Positions 26,355 to 38,600 are shown, counted from the first letter of the whole stretch. The stretch: 55,300 nucleotides of DNA, filler included, from Sphacelaria rigidula (GCA_964200075.2; 5 parts of 5 records of this genome joined end to end with filler, not necessarily neighbours in it); one strand, 5' to 3'. The notes: generated by a model from the sequence alone, not told the origin. A program made the numbers and translations.

Positions 26355-26550
26355 TGTAATGCGTGGGAGGACCACGTTCTTAGAGGACCGCATCGAATTT
26401 CAAAACACCTCAAGATCAAAGTTTTTCAAAACCTGCCAGGCCAATCCCTACGGGGACCACGCCCCTGACCCTAGCCCCAACACTTACCATAACCCTAGCC
26501 ATGAGGGTGTCAAAACTCTGATGCGGCCCCTCAAGCACACACGCATTACA
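26355..26550. mobile_element. Ginger-like MITE
   Basis: TGTAATGCGTG..CACGCATTACA; flanks CGGAG/CAGAG. Confidence 0.85.
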
Positions 26551-27152
26551 CAGAGTAACGGCTCTAGCTACCAGTTGGAGGAAATCGATTCTTGTAGGTA
26601 AATGGCTTTACGTGAAGTGCTATGAAATTTGTTGTTGGAGGCGTGGGATATTCCAAACGATCTGTGTACCTGGGTTTGGTCAGGCCCATATGCAGCGCCT
26701 GTGGCGTCGAGGGCTCTACCAGGCTCCCCCGAGGTTTCCTTAGACAAAAAAGCGATCTGCTTTGAGATTACTTCCATCCTGAACGGTGCATTGCGAGAAC
26801 CGTGAGCGCGGGTTGGGCGCACGCTTTGAAATACATACGGTGTGGGACTTTGATTATCGTTAGAGCAATGCTCCGTGGTATGATCGGGGTAGGTGCTTAT
26901 AAAGATCCATATGCATCATGCGCTCATTGGGCATATCTTGTGGTTTATTTGAGGAGGGTTCCAATTTTCTCAGAGCGTAGTCGCGATTTCTAAGATATCC
27001 CCCACGATTCCTGGCAATCCACGTATTCCGAGCACATGATCAAAACCAGAGTCAATTGGCAATGTGGCGCGGATCAGGTTCTTCATTACATGAACGAGTT
27101 TGTTCTTGAACGAGCTCGTGTGATTTCCACTCGGTTAGTGACCGGCCATAGA

Positions 27153-27356
27153 TGTAATGTGTGAGCGGACCGCGTGCGTTTTGGCCCGTACTGGAGTTCA
27201 AAACACGCCGGCACCGACGTGTTTCAAGATCGTTTGGGGCACTCCTTGCAGGGACCGCGCTCCTGACGCGAACACAAACCTCAACCCTAAAGCTAGTCAT
27301 GGGGGATTTAATCTCCGATGTGGTCCAAAAAGCACGTGGTCCGCCCACGCACTACA
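27153..27356. mobile_element. Ginger-like MITE
   Basis: TGTAATGTGTG..CACGCACTACA; flanks ATAGA/ATATA. Confidence 0.8.
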
Positions 27357-27499
27357 ATATACTTGGCTGTTGACACCGCACAAAAAGTCCTTGCAATGGT
27401 TTCACGCACCGGTTTGTGTGTTTCTTGTATTCGTGGCGGGAGCCCGGACGTCTTGAAAAACTCAGACATTTGCGTTGCAACATACTGAACTTACCCAAG

Positions 27500-28480
27500 G
27501 AGGGTGGTCAATGATAGAGTAGGTCGATGTTGAAATGTCTCAAGACAAGCCAAGTGATACCGCAACAGCTGCCACCCCTGGCGGTCAAGCCGATGTAGCA
27601 GACACGCTGTTCCAGGTATAGTCGAGAGGCGATGTTAAGAGACGCCTCTTGAGGGCAAGGTAAGCTCGAAAACAATGAGTATTGCGGAGTTCAGAGACTG
27701 GAGAAAAATTACAAAGATCACCGACTGTCTTATGTGGAGCTAACGGTCCCGTGGCACAATCCCCCATATTGGGTACCCTGCGTTTACCATCCCACTTCCT
27801 GACAGTCCCAGGGCAGCTTCCCCCCACGGTTTACCCATGACATCCAAGTTTCCCATTGAAGTTGCCCCTGACCTCGAATAGCACATCGTGTTCCAAAGGG
27901 TTGACACATAAACCGCACAGACGAAATTGTTAACCCCCCCCCCCCCCCTCGCCATAACACGACAAAAAGCCATGTGTTTCCCTGCCAACATGGTCTATAC
28001 TGTGGTCAAGTAATCAAAGCCCCGACACGATTTACTCCTAGTAAATACACTAACTTCAGGCTCACGTGAACTTGACCGCCAGTTTAGTTGTTGTTGGTAC
28101 TGTCCGGTAGCACAATGCGACCTTTTCAGCACATTAGTCGCTTTACCGGTTGGGATTTTCATGTGCAGTGTGCCTCACGCTGTCTTATTTTCTAGCGAGG
28201 AACTAAAACCTCAAGCATTTTTGAAATCACGAAAGGACCTACTACTGTAGCAGTATTCTCACTTGAACATAAAGCCAAGTGATATCCGCAGCAGGCCAAA
28301 ATTACGTGATGAGTTGATAAGAAGCAAATACAAAACGTATACAAAAAACGAATTAATTTGCAGCCCGCCCTGCCCTGCCAACCTCCATCTGCACACAGGG
28401 AAACAAACCAAGCGGTACACCACCAGAATCCACCAAGTACTAGAAGCATTTTGTTTCATTTCCTTTGAGAGCGTGCGTGT
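27500..28480 (+). pseudogene. Weak Fanzor1-like relic
   Basis: VLCGANGP (~27730), EITKGPTT, RDELIRSKYKTYTKNEL (~28305-28355, like DExxTSKxCxxCxxEL). Confidence 0.3.
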
Positions 28481-28489
28481 TCAGTTCTT

Positions 28490-31000
28490 GATGTCAGTGC
28501 TAACATAATTTAAACATGGTGTCGAGATAAGTTCAGGTCTTCGACGGTAACAAGGACTCGATTTGAGCATGGAATCAAATGGGGTTTGGCGCGATGTTGG
28601 TGTCGAGGTCAAACAAGAAACCTCCGCTCTTGTCCGGCTTAGTTTTTCAAGGACCTTCAACTGGTAAACGTACACAAATTCAACACACCACCGCGCAAAC
28701 CGCCAGCGCGCGGCGAGAAAAACAAGGGGAACCGCGTCCATGCAACGCCTGAGTGACACAGCAAAGACATAATATATCACTCCTGTGCACCCCTTTCAGC
28801 CATGGCTGACAGCAGCTTGTTCGAGGCATAAGCCGCCAGTAATTTGCAGTACCGGTTGGTCTCCGGACGGCTAGATACGCTACCTTCTGGTTTGACGCAC
28901 CACCACCTTCGACTACATGCCGCTGCTGCCCTGGCATTGTGCTGGAGAACAACGCCTATCGGTGACGGGTCCGCAGACAGATAGGCATACATACACGCCG
29001 GGACTGCATCGCTTCGCACGGCATAGTGCAGTACTACTACTGTGCTGTCCTGGACTAAAATGGGATAATATGCACCACACAAATCTTGTTTGAGCTCGCG
29101 GTTCGTTCTGATTCTACGCGTCACTCTCAACACTTACGATCAGTCAACGCTTTTGGTCGTCCCTCAACCCCCAGCTCGGACAGGAATAGGGATATATCGT
29201 GCTTGGTGATCTTGTTGATTACCCCCGGCCATACAAGCTGGGCCAGCTGACAGTGATTTGCGAATGTATCCGGGCCGGGCGGTGGGTAATCCGAAGCGTT
29301 GGGTGCTGAATTTTGACACAACATTTTCAGCATCACTACGCACGACCTTCCCGGAGATGCCAAGAAAACAAACAAACATAAAGTTAGAGCGGTTTGAAGT
29401 TTCTGCAAAATTAGAAAAAATGCTATAACTCGAAAGAAATACGGGGGCATCCCTAGTGTAGTCGTGTGTCCTTGTGTGGAGGATATCCTGGTACAACTTC
29501 GGCCAAAAATTCCAGAAATTTCGCGCAGCATCCAACTTTTCGTGTGGCACGGCTGCGCTCCATTAATCCAAGTGATGCAGTTGACTCCAGCTATAGAGGT
29601 CACGACTTCGAATCCTGACGGATTCGTTTTTGTATTCCGTCGGTTTGGTGATACTGTTATAGTGTTCAGCGGGATGCACCCTCTTGGTGCAAGCCGGTCG
29701 GGTCAGAGGTCAGATGCTTCCAAGGCTCTGTACTCACAAGGGGGTCGAGTCATAGACGTGTTCAAATCAGCCAACACCACAATAGCTTCACGCAGTAAGC
29801 TATACACACTTTAAACAAAAGACTCTTGTTCACTCGTATTCGTTATCGCTCCTTTCAATGCTCTCTCAGCTGCTCTTCGGCTATAGCAATGGCTTAACAA
29901 TCAGCTCCACCCGGGCGAGTCCCGCGGGAGCGCTGAAGGACCTATGCCCGTACCTCTTTTTATCAGTCTTACAACCGGCCTAGTCAAGCTTGATCAGACC
30001 CGCAACTATGGAATCCCAGATTTGATCATAGACGCCGCCTAGCTTCATGACACTCGCCCATCCAGAGGAATCTATATTACGGTTGCGATGAGAAATCTCA
30101 AAAAGCAACGAAAATCGAGGTTTTTCTCCACGTCAGGTCATGAGCAACAGGGAAGGCGAACTCAATGCTATAAAAGCATTCGGCCATAGTGGCTAAAAAA
30201 CGTAAGGTACACCCCACACGAGGAGGGCAACATCCACTCCGTTGCCCGATCCTCCCACACCTCAAACAAGGTAAGCGGAATCTGCTACCGAAAAGCGCAA
30301 GTGCGCTTGAACATAGACGCCGCCTAGCTTCATGACAACACGTTATGCGGTACATTTATATTTATTTGTTGTCATTCAGTGGCGGTCCCGTGCGTTACCA
30401 TGTTGGCCTGCAGGTCATCCCGAGAGCAATGCTACGATAGGGGTGCACTTTTTTCGTGACATTTTGTCTGGTTCAGGGGCTCCTAACGATTCTAGACGCA
30501 CAAGAATATGGGTCAGAGCATCCCCGTTTGCAGACTTATTCGGGACATCCCCAGCACATTGGAATATTATAAGAGTTATCCTGGCGTACTCTCGCAAATT
30601 TTCATCAGTCGTGTTATGGATGAGATAAAGGGCTCTTAACAATTCTAACCTCAGAAAATATTTGTGTACCCCTACCGTAGCATCACTCCCGATGTATTCA
30701 AGTCGGACTGACTTGGTGAACTCTATACGTTATAGCGTGACGTCCAAACGCGGGATTTACTGCTGACCCAGCTCGTACCTCACGAGAATCTGGCGTGAAA
30801 TATTTTCCATATCGTGTCCCTCGCCTCTACGTTCGGATTGGAGCGCAGGTGTCGAAGCAAACGGTGATTCTGTCTGTGGTAGTTGCGGCAGCCGAGTAAA
30901 CGAAGGGCAGCATCGTAATTGAATTCAGCATTTAGCTGGTGAAAGGTTGAAAAGGTGCGCAAACAATTTGTGCCAATACTGCGACAACTAGCACATCCGC
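28490..31000 (-). pseudogene. Fanzor1-like relic
   Basis: HQLNAEFNYDAALRLL (N-terminus), PVVRLIKR..PSAL, ARPGY (~29270, RuvC-I-like), ISLFLSELG, LLAAYASN, HG*KGCTGV..SLRR, VYQLK, FDLDTNIAPN (~28583-28613), YRRRPELI. Confidence 0.6.
30424..30688. mobile_element. Sola-like MITE
   Basis: GAGCAATGCTACGATAGGGG..CCCCTACCGTAGCATCACTC; TSD CCGA. Confidence 0.85.
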
Positions 31001-31029
31001 GCCCTGTATGTGTATGGCGTGGCATAGCT

Positions 31030-32450
31030 GAGGTAGCCTCTGATCATCTGTTCAAGTAAGATTTTCCTCAGTTTCGTTGGCCCATCATCATGAATCTCAT
31101 GTTGCATCATGTATGTGTCACTTCGCGAAAAGCATGCGGGGTAAAACAGACGTTCTTATTCCGACCCAAACCCTAGCTGAAAATCCCCACTGCTGTCGTA
31201 GACCACGACAAAGAGTTGCGGCGGGACTGTTATAATAGTCTATCCGAATAAAACGACCAACCACCGTGTTCAGCTCGGTCGACTGTTTTGCACATGCATC
31301 TTTCCCCCGCATTTTGCGGCGCCCCCGTTGTTAGTTATGTTTCGTATCGACATCAAATGCTGCGAACGCAAACAATATCGGGTTCGAGTTGGGTCTTGAG
31401 CGGCACGAATCTTTCAGTCAGACTGGTCTCTACACCAGAATCGTGCTACAAGTTCTACGATGGCAGTAGAGTCACCCCCACCCTGGCATTACGTATCCAT
31501 TTTTGAAAAACTCTTCGTCTGATTCGAACAATAATATATGAGGATCTTCGTGGAGCCCACAGTCGCAAGTGCACGGTCCAGCATGCTCACCTCGCGTTTG
31601 GTTGGGCGCTTTCGGCGCCCGATCTGAGCTCTGATAACGCACACTTTGCCTGCATACTGCTGTACGTACCTCTCTTTGCCCAATGGTCCTCGGTCTGCCT
31701 TAGGTCGGATATCGGAGTTCGGAGTCCGGAGTTCGGATTGGCGTCATGGTTTGACAAAATAAAAAAATGTTCAACCATGGATTTGAGGAGCCAGGTGGAA
31801 AAGAAGCCCCCTTGCCCTCCTGGGCACGAACTCGTGAAAAGCTTGGCGAACGTGACAGTTCCGCGTCAGTTTTATCCGAGTACCCACAGGAACACTCGAA
31901 TCCTCTTGTTTTGTCACTTAGTTCTATCCAATTAAACAACGGCAACCTATACAGTGCTTTTTCGCGTGCGCTCCGCGTCCATTTGTACAGATTACTTCAG
32001 CAGTCACACGCTCGTACTTGTAACCCATTTACAAAAACACTTTACTCACGAGGGTGGTGAATCTTAGCTCGAAAGGGTTCTTGGCGACGCGTTTACGCTC
32101 GACATCTGCCTCCAGGGCGGTGAGCTCGTCTTCCATGATAGAGTGCATAACTGATGTTGAGTTGATATGAGAGGACGTAGTAGACCAGCACCCTAACGCA
32201 GTCGATGTGAAACAATCTTTGCTTACATCCTCCATTGCCCCGCGAAGAACACGGACGTATTCACATTTGATCAAGCGATTACAGGTCCCGCTTGTCAAGG
32301 TGGATTCCAAAAGCCGTAGAACGAAACATATGGAAGTGTGGAGTGTGCGCAGTACTACCTGTGTATGTAAAACGAACGAGACAAGCACTCAACACATTTT
32401 TATCGTGAGGTTGAGAGTCCAGGATACGATTGAAAGTGACAAGCGGTCAA
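31030..32450 (-). pseudogene. Near full-length Fanzor2-like relic
   Basis: SGTCNRLI, W..MEDELTALEA..NPFELRF (~32058-32080), GPLGKERYVQQYAGKVCVI, KWIRN, AFDV..RRKMRGKDA, DRLL*Q, FVVVYD, IHDDGPTKLRKILL (~31053-31095). Confidence 0.6.
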
Positions 32451-32739
32451 TTAATGAATGAAATAGTTTCAGTTCCGAGATGCTTCACCGGGCCATATAC
32501 GAAGTCCGATACGCTTTCTGCGGTAGCTTGCCACTGAAGCCTCTGATGTCCCTGAGTAGGATATCTGTAGTGCGTGAAAGGACCGCGTGCTTAGAGGACC
32601 GCATCATGGTTTAGAACACTTCAGGATCGACGTTTTCTGAGACCAATCGGGCTAGTCCCTGCAGGGACCACGCCCGTGATCCCAATCCCAACACCAACCG
32701 TGAACCCTAACCCTGACCACAGGAGTGTTTGGACTTCGT

Positions 32740-33142
32740 GATTTTCTCTTCGGCAGGATATAGAATTCACCGTTTTTATTATTTGTTGCGGTGGACCCCG
32801 TCATTTGAGATGGGCGATGATAGTAGGGAGTTCGATCTATTACGGACTCCTGCCGAGATAGCCCCCCCACCAAAAGTGTGCAGGAGACCGTCCGACGAAC
32901 CGGCGTAGGGTGCCATTCTACACGCGGTCGTTGGTTTTATAACAACGGGCGAGTCATTCCACGAGAGGGGGGGGGGGGGATTTTGGGCCACTTATGGCAC
33001 GAAGTTCCAAGTAAATTTGGCTTTGAAAGCACCAATGATTGTTCGAGCGAGCTTCCTGTAGATAAATAACGCATATAACAACAAATTGTGCGAATTGAGG
33101 TTTAACTTTGAGATGAGGTTCAAGCCTAAAACAGTGCTTTCC
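32740..33142 (+). pseudogene. Fanzor1-like RuvC-I fragment, cut by an assembly gap
   Basis: FVAVDPVI (VAVDP at 32785-32799); the DNA at ~32855-32905 matches 50845-50895 in another relic. Confidence 0.45.
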
Positions 33143-33389
33143 NNNNNNNNNNNNNNNNNNNNNNNNNNNNNNNNNNNNNNNNNNNNTTAATTAATTAANN
33201 NNNNNNNNNNNNNNNNNNNNNNNNNNNNNNNNNNNNNNNNNNGAAGAAATGGGACCATATTTCGAAGATTTAGTGTGGATACGAAGATTTTAATCCTCCG
33301 GGTTCTCATCCTCAATGAAAAGCACCATCCTCAACATAGATGATCAGCTGTTTTATCCTCAATGGAAAGCTCCATCCTCAATTTTGATG

Positions 33390-35420
33390 ATCGGCTGTTT
33401 TCGTAGTATGTTATTAACAAATCCTCCGAGGCATCAGATTCACGACTCGCTGCATTCGAGTCATTGATCGGACCTGCAGAGAATATCCATGAATGCATCT
33501 ACATACCACTCGCAATCTGCTGCAGTTGAACACGCAAGGAGTTTCCCCTGTATCGCTACCGGCGCCGGGGGTTTATTTCGTACACATTTTCCCACAATGC
33601 TTGCCTGCTTCATCAATGATGCCGGTCGCACTTCTTTGACGGGCTCTTCTTCCCCATGATGAGTACTTGCCGTTTTTTTCTAGTGACGGTGGGCCTACAA
33701 TAGTTCGACTCATGCTCTATAACCGTGTATATTATCTCCAATCTGCGTCAGTGAGTGGAGCAAGTTTCACCCGTACTCTCTTCTCGAGATGACCAAAAAA
33801 CGTGTGTTTGATGCATCAGTACATTTCGATATATCGATACATTATTGTTTCATTTTTTGTGACGGCGATTTTTTTCAGGAGCCGGTGAACGGGGCAAACT
33901 ATGCATTGATAACCAGCAGATGATTTACCAACTTTGACGATGTCCCGGGCTAGTGTGGGCCGACAAACTAGCGCGTGCGAATTGTTAAGTGATGGTATAA
34001 CGTTGGGTAGTTCCCTTTTTTTGGCGGACCTCGAACACCGCTGTACACATTTCACTTGGGTTCAGAATGGGTGGTACATGTGTGAACTTGGTCACTGAAA
34101 TGTCAGTAGTGGAAAAAGACCCCAACATCTACCACGCCTTCTTCCCGTACAACAATCCAGTCAAACCATGACCCGATGGCATATTTCGATGTGTGATATG
34201 CTGTATGTCGGTAATTAATACTATTTTGTCGATATATCGGGTGTGGTATTGTTGTATATCGAGCGATATTCCAGGAATGTCTCCATACATCATATAATAA
34301 TTTTTTCGATACATCGGGTGTGATCTTTCATTAGAGAGTTTCGGAAAACAAAATTTTAAGCCAAAAACTCAGGGATAATTTGCGTCTTCTCACTAAAATC
34401 CAATCAAACGATGATTATCCCTGAGTTTTTCCGGCCTGTTGTTGTTTCCCGAAACTCTCTATTGTTGTATACCGAGCGATATTCCAGGAATGTCTCCATA
34501 CATCATATCAGAGCGATTTTGGCAAATTATACCGCTGATAAAGGAGAGTAGAAGGCGACCAATTGCTGTTAAACAAAGATGGCCATCTCGAACAGACATT
34601 TTCAAAATTCTCCTGGCCGACGGACCTGAGCCCAGCTGCACCCCTTCAGTTTCCAGTTGAAATGATTCCCACGACGAGACGGTGCCTGTGACTCATAGAC
34701 AGGCCGACAGACAGGTGCGCAGGCACGCAGCAGGTGTTGCTCGTGTGTGCGCGATATGACCAACGGCAGCACGGCAGTTTGTGACGCAAACCATTTCGCG
34801 GAGCTAGACGCCTACCATTCACACGTTGATCGTTTCAACTCTAAAATAGGTGGCGGATGTATCTCATCCGATGAAACCGTGGGACTTGCACGAGAGGTGG
34901 ACAGGTCTCATCACGGGTGAGAAAAACACGAGACTGGTCAGTGTTGAAGTGTTTCATGTTTGGCAGGCAGGAAAGGAGAGAAAAGTATCATGTGTCTGTT
35001 CCTCTGGAATCTGGTTTTGGAAAGGCCATTGGCAACATCAACATGCTTGCTTGTCATCGCGTACCCGCGCCTGCTTGCCCGCGTGCACGACGGGATGGTG
35101 GTTGAATACGGATAAGCGTGTAGGTTAAGGTTGACTGATGCAATTCCTTCCCCAAGTGTGTGTGGGTGTGGGTGTGTCTGTTGGAGAGGGGGGGGGGGGG
35201 GATTGCTGAACGTGTCGAGCTCCCAACGGTGTGTGTACACTACGGAACGCAAGTCACCTGCTGCCCACACCACGCCTACACCCCAGAGCATTCGGCTGTA
35301 GTGTGTGATATTCTACTCAACGAAAGAACTCGTCGGTGCATTGGAGGAGTAGATGTCGTATTCACGGCGTTTCCGTGCTCCAACATCAGACATTTAGTCT
35401 CTTCACGTTCGTACACATAT
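33390..35420 (-). pseudogene. Fanzor1-like relic
   Basis: EETKCL..HRRVLSLSRISH (N-terminus), W*MLGSFSTTDISV (TDG-like), ILNPSEMCTAV..RYTIT (~34000-34070, RuvC-I), NGKYSSWGR..IIDEAGKHCGKMC (~33580-33680, RuvC-II), IHG, INDSNAA (~33447-33468). Confidence 0.65.
34332..34461. mobile_element. 130-bp TIR element
   Basis: TAGAGAGTTTCGGAAAACAA / TTGTTTCCCGAAACTCTCTA, plus an inner inverted repeat AAAACTCAGGGATAAT. Confidence 0.7.
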
Positions 35421-35899
35421 GATTTTTTGCGCGCGTAGAGGAGTTCCACCGACAAGGAGACCAGGAGGCGGAGCAGGGCATCCCGGTATCGCCTCTCTGC
35501 AGGCGAGACGGACACAACATGGCAAAGAGCCAATGTGACTTCATCGATTTCGTGGTGCGACCATGTGCGGTAAGCAATGCGTTTCTCGCCTGTACGGTTC
35601 AGTAGCAGCCACGCGCACATTGAAGGAGTGGGTGGGTGGGCGGGGAAGGCAGGACAATAGCCATCTGTGCAGGCTTCCAACACGACAAATTTGTGAAAAG
35701 GAGGGGGTCTTTGGCGGGTCTCTCAGGTCGCACGAACGTATAGAGTTCACCTAGGTGAGAAGAAGCATCGCGCAAGCAATGTTGTTCAGTAGAGCAAGGT
35801 GAAGCATTCCTCAAATTCTGCGGTGGTTGATGTGCCGGGCATGTGCATTGTACCCATCTTCTCGTCTCCCACTCTCCCCCATGCAACGCGTGGGCTGTG

Positions 35900-38600
35900 A
35901 AACGGTACATGGTAACTTTGCACCGGTAACAGCCGAAATAGCGCAATGAGTCTCGACCGCAAAAATGAGTCTCGATCCCAAACTAGTGCCGCCCGTAACC
36001 TAAAGCTAGTTATGTTCAATGGCCTTTCCGTCGGCCTAATATCTCTCGACCGCGTGGAAACTGTTTCAGCGCCCTTCATCGATTTAGTGAGCCCACACGG
36101 TGCTGAGCGAAAGCATCATTCTCCCGTTTTGGTTATCACACTGAAATCAGGGCACAATGATGCTTTCGCTCCCGCGCGTCGGCTAGTTTACAGGGTCCAT
36201 GGGAGGCGCTGGAATAATTCCGGGCGACCTATGGACATTGGGCCCTTCACAAAGGTCATTGAAAACAGTGACTTCTAGGTTTCCGGCAAGCACGGTCTCA
36301 TGGTTGACTCTGATTTCAAGATTGAACGTCATTCTTCTGCAATTTCGGCTGCTCGGTGCTCCTCCCTGTCCTCCAACCCACCTTTTCGTGCAACCTGTCA
36401 TGTGGTTTGTTCACGCCGCTGTCCTCTTCCTCGAATGTTTGCGTTTCTCATCAGACCGTTTTCTCATCGTTCGCAAAGGAGAGGCTGTGGCTGACTACCT
36501 TGGAAAACAATCACCGAAGGTTTGCAGCGTACGAGTAGCACAAAGGATACTGCTTTACGATGATCAAGGGTAATTTTTGGAACTTCATTGCACGCAAGCA
36601 GCAAATTCATTCATGTCCGCACTTTTACTATGCTGAGCCATGACAACCCGCATGAAAGGATGGAGAAACGCGATCGTATCTATGTAGTAGTCACCATTTG
36701 AAGGCCTTTTCCAATACGGAGAGATTTTCGAACACGTTTCTTGTCAACAAGACTCATCACGAATAGGCCACTTCTTATGCGTCTGAAAAAAGCTTTTATT
36801 TCAAAAAGCCCATTTTCGGCGACCCAGCGCCGATTGTTGCCGACATACGGGACTCAGCGGTTTGTGCCGCCTGGAAAGTACTTGCTGTACTCTCCCAGAG
36901 CATTCGAGCATACTTGTCCGATCTGTCACGTGCCCAGTCTGACGTTTGACCGGACACGTGATTTCTCACACAACAATACAAAACACGTTTCTCGGAGGGT
37001 TAAGGGTGGTGGCACCTGCATGGGCTGGTGCCAGAAGCGTGCTAGAGGTCCGGCCCACCGGCACGTGCCACTGGGACGCGTCCCAGTGGCACCCATTAGA
37101 GTTCTCCGCTATGCAATAGGGATAACTCCCGTCGTGGTACCTGAGGTACCATTGGCACGTGTCCGTGGGACGTGCCAGTGCACACCCAAATCAGCCCCGA
37201 ACCTGTCACGAAGGAAACGTCCATACAACGCATGATAGCTGGTTTCAGACTGCATGACGCGCCTCACATGGGCGGCATTGCGAGAAGGATCCCAAGCGTG
37301 GGAGTTACCAGCTGGTCGGTGTGCTCGGCTCCTGTCTGCTTGCTTCACACGCAGATTTTTCTCTCTAAAACCGCCCACGCTTCTGGACTGGGGGCTATCG
37401 CGGCACCACTCACTAGCACCATGCACGATTGCGGAGGGCATCTAAAAAAAAACGAATGAATGAATTAAGCATTCGAACGTGGACTCCTGTAGTCACCTTA
37501 GGTGAACAGTTGTGAAGCTCACCCGAAGCCAGATTTTTCCTAAGCTAGCAACAGCCGCGCATTCGTAGTAGCACATGATTGTCAACGTAGGTTATCGACT
37601 GCACTTGCTGAATAATGCAGAGAGTACTCCTGACCTGAGCCCCTCTCATCTGCCGTATCCCTTGTGCGCACCCATCATTGCGTATTTTTTGCAACTGTTG
37701 CAACCATGATGCCAATGGCAAAAACAAAAAAACAGGTGGCAATTACAAATAACGTGATGCACTTCGCACTTTTTATCCAGCGGCAACGTTCATCGCGGAC
37801 TGGGGCCTTCGGTTCCGGCAGGCCAACCACAACATTTAGTACAGGACGGGGAGTAGGGTTTTGCGTAGGGAGATGCGGGTGGCGGGGCAGGGTCGTTGGT
37901 TGTTGCAGACAAAACCTAGTAGGTATTGTCGCGACCAGATCCTTCCAGCAACTTCGATGTGAGCGTTCCAAGTGATGGCAGCGATCGGGGAGGGGGGCGG
38001 GGTTATGTATCCAGTTGATATGTGGAAATATAGTCCCTCAATTATTGGGACGGGATCTACCATGGTCAGTTGCTGTACCTTGATGTTCGTGTAAGGTTTC
38101 TATTTTTGCTGCTCCTGACCACGGGCTGGATTGTTGGAATTAGCTAATGTGAGATAATGTGAGATAATCGATCAAGGTAATTGGATACTGCTACTGCTAA
38201 TTTTGGGGATTTCGAGTCGAAACGTCTTTGCTCCCGATCTTCTTCCTTACGTGCTCGATCGATGGTCAAAATTGAGTGAAGGGCGGCGAAGCAGTCCATT
38301 GGAAAAAAATCGATGCAAATACTGTTTCAGTTCCTTGAGAGATTTTGAGGCGACATCTACGTCATTCTCAGGGCTGAATAATACCTACAAGACAAGCGTG
38401 TTGCTGTCACGACACATCCCTCAGCTTCACACGAATTCTCACACCGAACGAATTACCCGACCTGGTACAGTCACAGAGAGAGACCGGGAAAAAAACTCTC
38501 AGCTGAGGCTGTGTCCTTGGTAGCAATCTCTGAGCCCCGAGGACTCCAGTTAGTCCGATGCCGACTGAGCTCTCGATCTTGAGAAGTTTCGACCATCGCA
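35900..38600 (-). pseudogene. Fanzor1-like relic
   Basis: VRWSKLLKIESS (N-terminus), SITYVDNHVL, AWDPSRN (37277-37297, RuvC-I), SPGIIPAP (~36205-36228), VITKTGE, LVWDRD (~35969-35986, RuvC-III). Confidence 0.65.

Larger units (their letters stand above)
23850..26900 (-). pseudogene. Large Fanzor1-like relic; includes the 331-aa ORF 24983-25978
   Basis: EVISKQIAFLSK (N-terminus), SLPARAELFVKLRLGQAT, KVSTNG (TDG-like), TVVGVH (~24950, RuvC-I position), YESG, LSRKSA, RRKSKFLA*, HPTQSMGE, LVHVNNH, VVGRLKRRVC, WNKGSLHNIG (~23880-23910). Frame open ~26155-24983; frameshift in a G6 run at ~25040. Confidence 0.65.

Noticed and set aside
33816-33950. BED zinc finger (YQCIVC)
   Set aside because: It is an alternative frame of a region whose other frames carry Fanzor RuvC motifs, and the terminal His residues are missing.
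1347-35520. Multi-exon host (pseudo)gene on the minus strand, with IQ-like (~25040, ~22770) and FN3-like (~21600) motifs
   Set aside because: Apparent splice sites exist, but reading straight through them gives colinear Fanzor motifs, which explains the sequence better. A host gene is not fully excluded without RNA data.
35950-36800. hAT transposase C-terminus
   Set aside because: GIIPAP and VWDRD, with upstream AWDPSR, fit Fanzor1 better.
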